From an uncultured Planctomycetales bacterium (GTDB lineage Bacteria; Omnitrophota; Gorgyraeia; Gygaellales; Profunditerraquicolaceae), in assembly GCA_964427405.1 (NCBI GenBank), contig CAYRUB010000003.1, forward strand, positions 64,946 to 128,945: a stretch of 64,000 bases of DNA. Reading direction: 5' to 3'. The notes below the pieces were generated by a model. It saw only the letters and a list, made by a program, of their open reading frames with translations, was not told where the DNA came from and did not search any database. Both the position numbers and the translations under genes were made by a program. The stretch's first letter is position 1. The number at the start of each line of letters is the position of its first letter. Below are positions 59,509 through 64,000 of this stretch, one piece after another.

Positions 59509-60230
59509 GTTTTTTTCGCTTGGATGATCAGATCGCCGCAAAGTAGAGATGGCCAAAAGTTTCTAACATCGGCTAAAAAACCGCTACCACTCTTTTTCTC
59601 AATTTTGAACCCGTTCGATTCAAATAACCAACAAAGTTTGTCCATTGTAAAGTAATGTATCGCGCCGCCGTCCCAACCAATTTCCTGCCAGTTATGCGCC
59701 GCTGAAACTGAAGGTAATTTCCCTAAAAGAAGACCTATGCGCCTAGGAAAATAAGCAATATTACTAACCTCTACTACCACAGAGCCTCCACTCTTTAAAA
59801 CACGACTTATCTCTCTGATAAGACCAAAAATATCATAAACAAGATGAATCACGGATATGGAAACGATAGTATCAAAAAATTCACCTGAAAAAGGAAAAGG
59901 TTCAGTAGCATTACTTTCTATCCATTTGATTTTGCCTGCTTTCACAGGGTACATACTCTTTGTCTTATTTTCTGCTTCACGCAATATAGAAGAAGATATA
60001 TCCATACCATAAAGTTCCTTATGCTTGCTTAATATTCTTCGTAAAAAACCCCCATCGCCGCAACCTATGTCCAATATTCTTTCACTAGGAGCAACGAAAC
60101 GCTCTACTATGCTACACCTGTCATAATCATATTTCTTGAGCAAATCTCTCATACCCCAATAATTTCTCATAGGTAGATATTTCAGTTTTTTCTCACCATA
60201 CTGCCTTTCAGAAAGACCTTTTTCATCCAT
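59505..60230 (-). CDS. Class I SAM methyltransferase
   Basis: ILDIGCGDG, RVLKSGG. Confidence 0.85.
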   Translation of the reverse strand: MDEKGLSERQYGEKKLKYLPMRNYWGMRDLLKKYDYDRCSIVERFVAPSERILDIGCGDGGFLRRILSKHKELYGMDISSSILREAENKTKSMYPVKAGKIKWIESNATEPFPFSGEFFDTIVSISVIHLVYDIFGLIREISRVLKSGGSVVVEVSNIAYFPRRIGLLLGKLPSVSAAHNWQEIGWDGGAIHYFTMDKLCWLFESNGFKIEKKSGSGFLADVRNFWPSLLCGDLIIQAKKT

Positions 60231-60232
60231 AG

Positions 60233-61600
60233 CTAAACCTTTATCCCGATTTTTAAAGGAGCATTCTTTTTTTGTTTCAATTCTACTAAAGACATAATAA
60301 TCCCCATGCTGATAAAAAACATCACCTGATTGGTTATATAACCGCTGAACATTGCCATTGTTAGATTATAAACAAATAATAATAAAGCTAATTTTGTTAG
60401 TATGCTTAAATTATCGTTTCGTTCATTCTTTATAAATTTAAAAGCTCTCTTAATGGTTAAATAACACATGGATAGAAACATAAACAAACCAATAATTCCA
60501 AGTTCAGACGCAACTTCAAATATTATATTATGAGGAATGCCAACGCCGATATCTTTCCCTGAGTTTCCAATCCCGACGCCTAAAATAGGATGCCTCTTAA
60601 AATCTTCCACAGCGTTTTTCCACATAATAATTCTCTGCGCAACAGTGCTCTGTGTCCAAGGCATATTTTCATACTCGAAACTGTTTTTATACCTGTCGGT
60701 GGTGAATTGCGGAGTAAATCGATAAAAAATCAGGATTACAATGACGAAAAGGATAGTTAAATAAAAACCTCTCTTAATCCCCTTAAGCATAAATATAAAA
60801 TAAAAAACTATGGTAAGAATAAAACTTAGTAAGGCTCCTCGCGAACCAGATCTTACAAGCAAATATGCAAATGGGATTATTAAAATAAGGCTTTTAAATT
60901 TATTTTTATTTTTCTCGCAGGCACTGATAAATACGATCAAAAGCGTGACTGCAAAAGTAACTCCGAATACAATATGATTTGACCAACCATCCTTTGTAAT
61001 ATCTATAGAAAATCTTTCTACCTTATTAAGCGCCGGATTAGATATAAGTTCATAAAATGAAAAAAATGCTATAATTATGCTAAGATATACGCAGTAATTA
61101 AAAAACCTTCTTATTCTCACCTCTGTTAATAAAAGCCGAGTGATAGCATACGGCATGATAACCATTAAAGGTGCATAAGCAAGTTTTATATAAGTTGCCT
61201 TAGTTCCTGTATAAAATATGAAATAGCTTAGAAAAATCCATAAAAATAAAGAAACAAATAATACATCAACTAATGAAGGTTTAGGTGGGAATCGTTTTTT
61301 AACTCCCAAGAGAATTGCCCCAAAAAAAGGAGAAAATACCAAAGTGGCATATAAAGATCCTGTTAACAATCTATTCCCGTCTATACCCAATTTGTATATC
61401 ACATAAAAATAGATGAGCATCCCGTTAAATAAAATTGCTAAAGATAGTTCAGGTTTTTTAACTAAAATAACAAATAAAATCAGACCTATTCCTAGCGTAA
61501 ACAATGTCTTTTCTTTGTAAACTAGCGGACCAAGCCAAAACAGCACCAATATCAAAACCAAAATAGCGATACAGTCTTTTGCTATTACCGATACTCTCAT
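60233..61600 (-). CDS. O-antigen ligase/polymerase (Wzy_C) family protein
   Basis: Multi-TM; SGSRGA, HPILGVGIGN, PHNII.EV..ELG. Confidence 0.82.
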   Translation of the reverse strand: MRVSVIAKDCIAILVLILVLFWLGPLVYKEKTLFTLGIGLILFVILVKKPELSLAILFNGMLIYFYVIYKLGIDGNRLLTGSLYATLVFSPFFGAILLGVKKRFPPKPSLVDVLFVSLFLWIFLSYFIFYTGTKATYIKLAYAPLMVIMPYAITRLLLTEVRIRRFFNYCVYLSIIIAFFSFYELISNPALNKVERFSIDITKDGWSNHIVFGVTFAVTLLIVFISACEKNKNKFKSLILIIPFAYLLVRSGSRGALLSFILTIVFYFIFMLKGIKRGFYLTILFVIVILIFYRFTPQFTTDRYKNSFEYENMPWTQSTVAQRIIMWKNAVEDFKRHPILGVGIGNSGKDIGVGIPHNIIFEVASELGIIGLFMFLSMCYLTIKRAFKFIKNERNDNLSILTKLALLLFVYNLTMAMFSGYITNQVMFFISMGIIMSLVELKQKKNAPLKIGIKV

Positions 61601-61610
61601 TATAGCTTCC

Positions 61611-62441
61611 TCAATGTAATTTTATCATTTTTATAAACCGCTTTATCTTTCTAATAATCATTCTTAGCCTGCCTAAATCCTGCACGTCTTTTACTTCCTC
61701 TTTCCGGAGAATCCTACGAGGATAAAAACCTCTTGATTGCAAAGAATATCCCGAACAATCATGATCGTCATCGATCGATGCAAATAATTCATATTTTGGT
61801 ATAGCAAGCTTAATAGGCAGCCAATGAATATCCGTACCCTTCTTCTCAAAATCAAAAGGTGTTTCTTTTGGCCACCTTTTTAAAAAAGGGTCATTCTTAT
61901 TAACCACTTTTTTAAAAAATTCGGTATTGAAAATGCTAACGGCAGAAATAATATAACTGGGACAATTTTTTTGCGCTATGGCATTTGTCTTTTTATCCAG
62001 AAAAAATGTTTCTATATTAGCGTATTCATTTTTCTCTATCCCATCATATATCTGCCTTAATTTTCCTTGTCGCCACCAGGAATAAAATAGACTTTCGCTA
62101 CCGCTATCTTTCATCTCTTCCAGGATAACCCTGTACTTATCGACATCCACCAAATTGATATGATCTTCGACCCAGAATAGTACAAATTCGGTATCGATTT
62201 CCGGTAATAGCTTTCTGGTATCGGCAAACCAACCCCGTCCGCTCTCTATGGCATGAGCTGACAATTTACAACCTAAGTGATCGTGTAAGAAAAACAAAGC
62301 CTCTACCTTATATTTACCACGCGCATTAATTACCCAACGCTGTGCATCTATATCTTTAAAAGATAGAAATGAATCCCGCATTCTACAGAATCTTTCTTGA
62401 TCGTTGATGCGAAAATTGGCAAATATCGTCAATGTCGGCAT
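61611..62441 (-). CDS. Hypothetical protein, possible GT-A-like glycosyltransferase
   Basis: Long ORF within the operon; VLFWVEDH resembles a DxD-type strand motif. Confidence 0.5.
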   Translation of the reverse strand: MPTLTIFANFRINDQERFCRMRDSFLSFKDIDAQRWVINARGKYKVEALFFLHDHLGCKLSAHAIESGRGWFADTRKLLPEIDTEFVLFWVEDHINLVDVDKYRVILEEMKDSGSESLFYSWWRQGKLRQIYDGIEKNEYANIETFFLDKKTNAIAQKNCPSYIISAVSIFNTEFFKKVVNKNDPFLKRWPKETPFDFEKKGTDIHWLPIKLAIPKYELFASIDDDHDCSGYSLQSRGFYPRRILRKEEVKDVQDLGRLRMIIRKIKRFIKMIKLH

Positions 62442-62450
62442 TTTTTTATC

Positions 62451-63608
62451 CTATTCCCAAAACTTCGCATTACGATTGATATTACTAACAATATCTTCCT
62501 TAATTTCATTATTATAAACACCCGCCTTGAGAATAACCACAGGCAATTTAACATCTTTTAGTATCTTAGGTGAACTAACGAGTAGCGAGGTGCCATAAAG
62601 CCTCTTGCCTTGTTTATTGGGATCATTGTCCAGAAGGCAGACAATGCGGCTTATATCCAAACCAAAAGCAATTAGATACTGTACGAAAACATGAGCCCCA
62701 AACAAGTAAACAGGTTGTTCACTAGCCCGTATCTTTTGATTAAGCTCTGTAATGAGCTTCTCGTGATACCTCACATAATCTTGGTACAATTTCTTGTTTT
62801 TCTCATACAACCCTTGAGGAAGTTTTAGAGGTTTTACAGATGAATCCCGAACTACCGCATAAAAAATACTATGGTCTTCCATAAAGTATTCTTTTCCGAT
62901 AAGGCGAAAGCCGTGTTTGGCTAGCAAATAGTCCACATACGGTTCAGTAAGAAATGTCGTGTGTTCAAAATTTATACAGTTAGTATATTTACGCTCTAGC
63001 ATTACCTGCATGTTCGGAATTGAAAAGATTAGGTTTTTACCCTCATCGATAAAACTGGAAAGATGACTCATAAATTCATCTGGTTCATAAATATGTTCAA
63101 ATACATGCGCATGCACAACCGCATCAAAATATTCATTGAATCGAAAACTATGATCAAAAAAACCTTTAATAAAACGAGCTCTCACCCCTTCCAGTGGGGA
63201 TGGATTCGGCTCCAATATTGTCCAGGGAACGCGACCCAACTCATCGTATTCTTTCGATAGTATCCCATGAGAACCACCAATCTCAAATATTGCAGTTAAA
63301 TTATATTGATGAATGAAATCTGCAAAGGCTTTATGGTGCTTATTCCACAATTCCCCCACACATCCCGCCCCATGCGATTCTGGATATAGGACATTAAGTG
63401 GCAATAAAGCTCCTAGCTGAATTAATCCAGAACTTTTGCTAATCATCCAGGCCATATCCGCATTTAGGTCAGCACTCTCTATACTATTGCTACACCCCAT
63501 AAAAACAGGAAATTGTTTAAAAGTATAAAGAGGTTCTAAATCTTGCATTAGCGTTACGGCGCAAGTATTTCTTTTAATAAATTCCATTTTGTTTTCCATT
63601 CTGTTCAT
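62451..63608 (-). CDS. NDP-sugar C-methyltransferase-like protein
   Basis: FEIGGSHG, HVFEHI, FEH...F, C-terminal YLFGA...DNDPNKQGKRLYG. Confidence 0.72.
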   Translation of the reverse strand: MNRMENKMEFIKRNTCAVTLMQDLEPLYTFKQFPVFMGCSNSIESADLNADMAWMISKSSGLIQLGALLPLNVLYPESHGAGCVGELWNKHHKAFADFIHQYNLTAIFEIGGSHGILSKEYDELGRVPWTILEPNPSPLEGVRARFIKGFFDHSFRFNEYFDAVVHAHVFEHIYEPDEFMSHLSSFIDEGKNLIFSIPNMQVMLERKYTNCINFEHTTFLTEPYVDYLLAKHGFRLIGKEYFMEDHSIFYAVVRDSSVKPLKLPQGLYEKNKKLYQDYVRYHEKLITELNQKIRASEQPVYLFGAHVFVQYLIAFGLDISRIVCLLDNDPNKQGKRLYGTSLLVSSPKILKDVKLPVVILKAGVYNNEIKEDIVSNINRNAKFWE

Positions 63609-64000
63609 TCAAAATCTGTTTACCTAAAGCAAAAAGTAAAAGACTGTAAGGATAATGGTGCAATGCGGCGATGTTTAGATATACCAAAGCCGTCAATGTC
63701 CAAACTTTTTTCTTGTCGTAACCATTTGCAGAAAGCCAATCGGAGAAATATTGTTCGCACTCAACCAGTATCTGTTTTCGATAAAAATCAAAACTGATTT
63801 CATTGGTCTGCCAATCAACCCAGTAATGATCTTTTACAATCAACTCATGACAAATAATAAGTCCATGCAGAAGTTTGGCCAAATCGTAGTAAATGTCCCC
63901 TGTTACCAAAGACCCTCCGAACTCTTGCCGCCAATCCAGAAATGTGAAATGCTGACCGGTCTGCGAGTAGAGAATATTCTCAAAATGAAAGTCGCCATGG
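63574..64000 (-). CDS. APH/choline-kinase-like phosphotransferase, C-terminal part (starts beyond the window)
   Basis: Frame is open to the window edge: HGDFHFENIL...FLDWRQEFGG...GDIYYDLAKL. Confidence 0.78.
   Translation of the reverse strand, partial: HGDFHFENILYSQTGQHFTFLDWRQEFGGSLVTGDIYYDLAKLLHGLIICHELIVKDHYWVDWQTNEISFDFYRKQILVECEQYFSDWLSANGYDKKKVWTLTALVYLNIAALHHYPYSLLLFALGKQILNEQNGKQNGIY

Overview
Bacterial chromosomal segment with every credible gene on the minus strand except one diguanylate cyclase. Gene content and an ITITTYYPSPYGSY-type secreted protein suggest an anaerobic Omnitrophota (OP3)-like organism; this is inference, not verified. About 1-28.5 kb is housekeeping: hisH/hisB/hisD, alaS, recX, recA, an S74-chaperone fibre protein, a GAF-GGDEF cyclase, smc with a small HTH gene, ferredoxin-fused EtfAB plus acyl-CoA dehydrogenase, argA-like, glgC, marC, a sulfatase-like protein, an MFS transporter, secG-tpiA-pgk-gap, two GalT-like paralogs, fmt and a split priA. 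About 28.5-64 kb is one large LPS/surface-glycan locus. The main oddities are: (1) an SMC whose canonical hinge appears replaced by a ~60-aa module; (2) a covarying two-hairpin element with a conserved bulge, present three times (one copy nested in another) and fused to the Shine-Dalgarno of two unrelated genes; (3) an active/inactive GalT-like pair heading the glycolysis operon behind a perfect 29-bp palindrome; (4) a split, helicase-dead PriA; (5) several apparently leaderless operon starts. I saw no rRNA, tRNA, CRISPR array or transposase.
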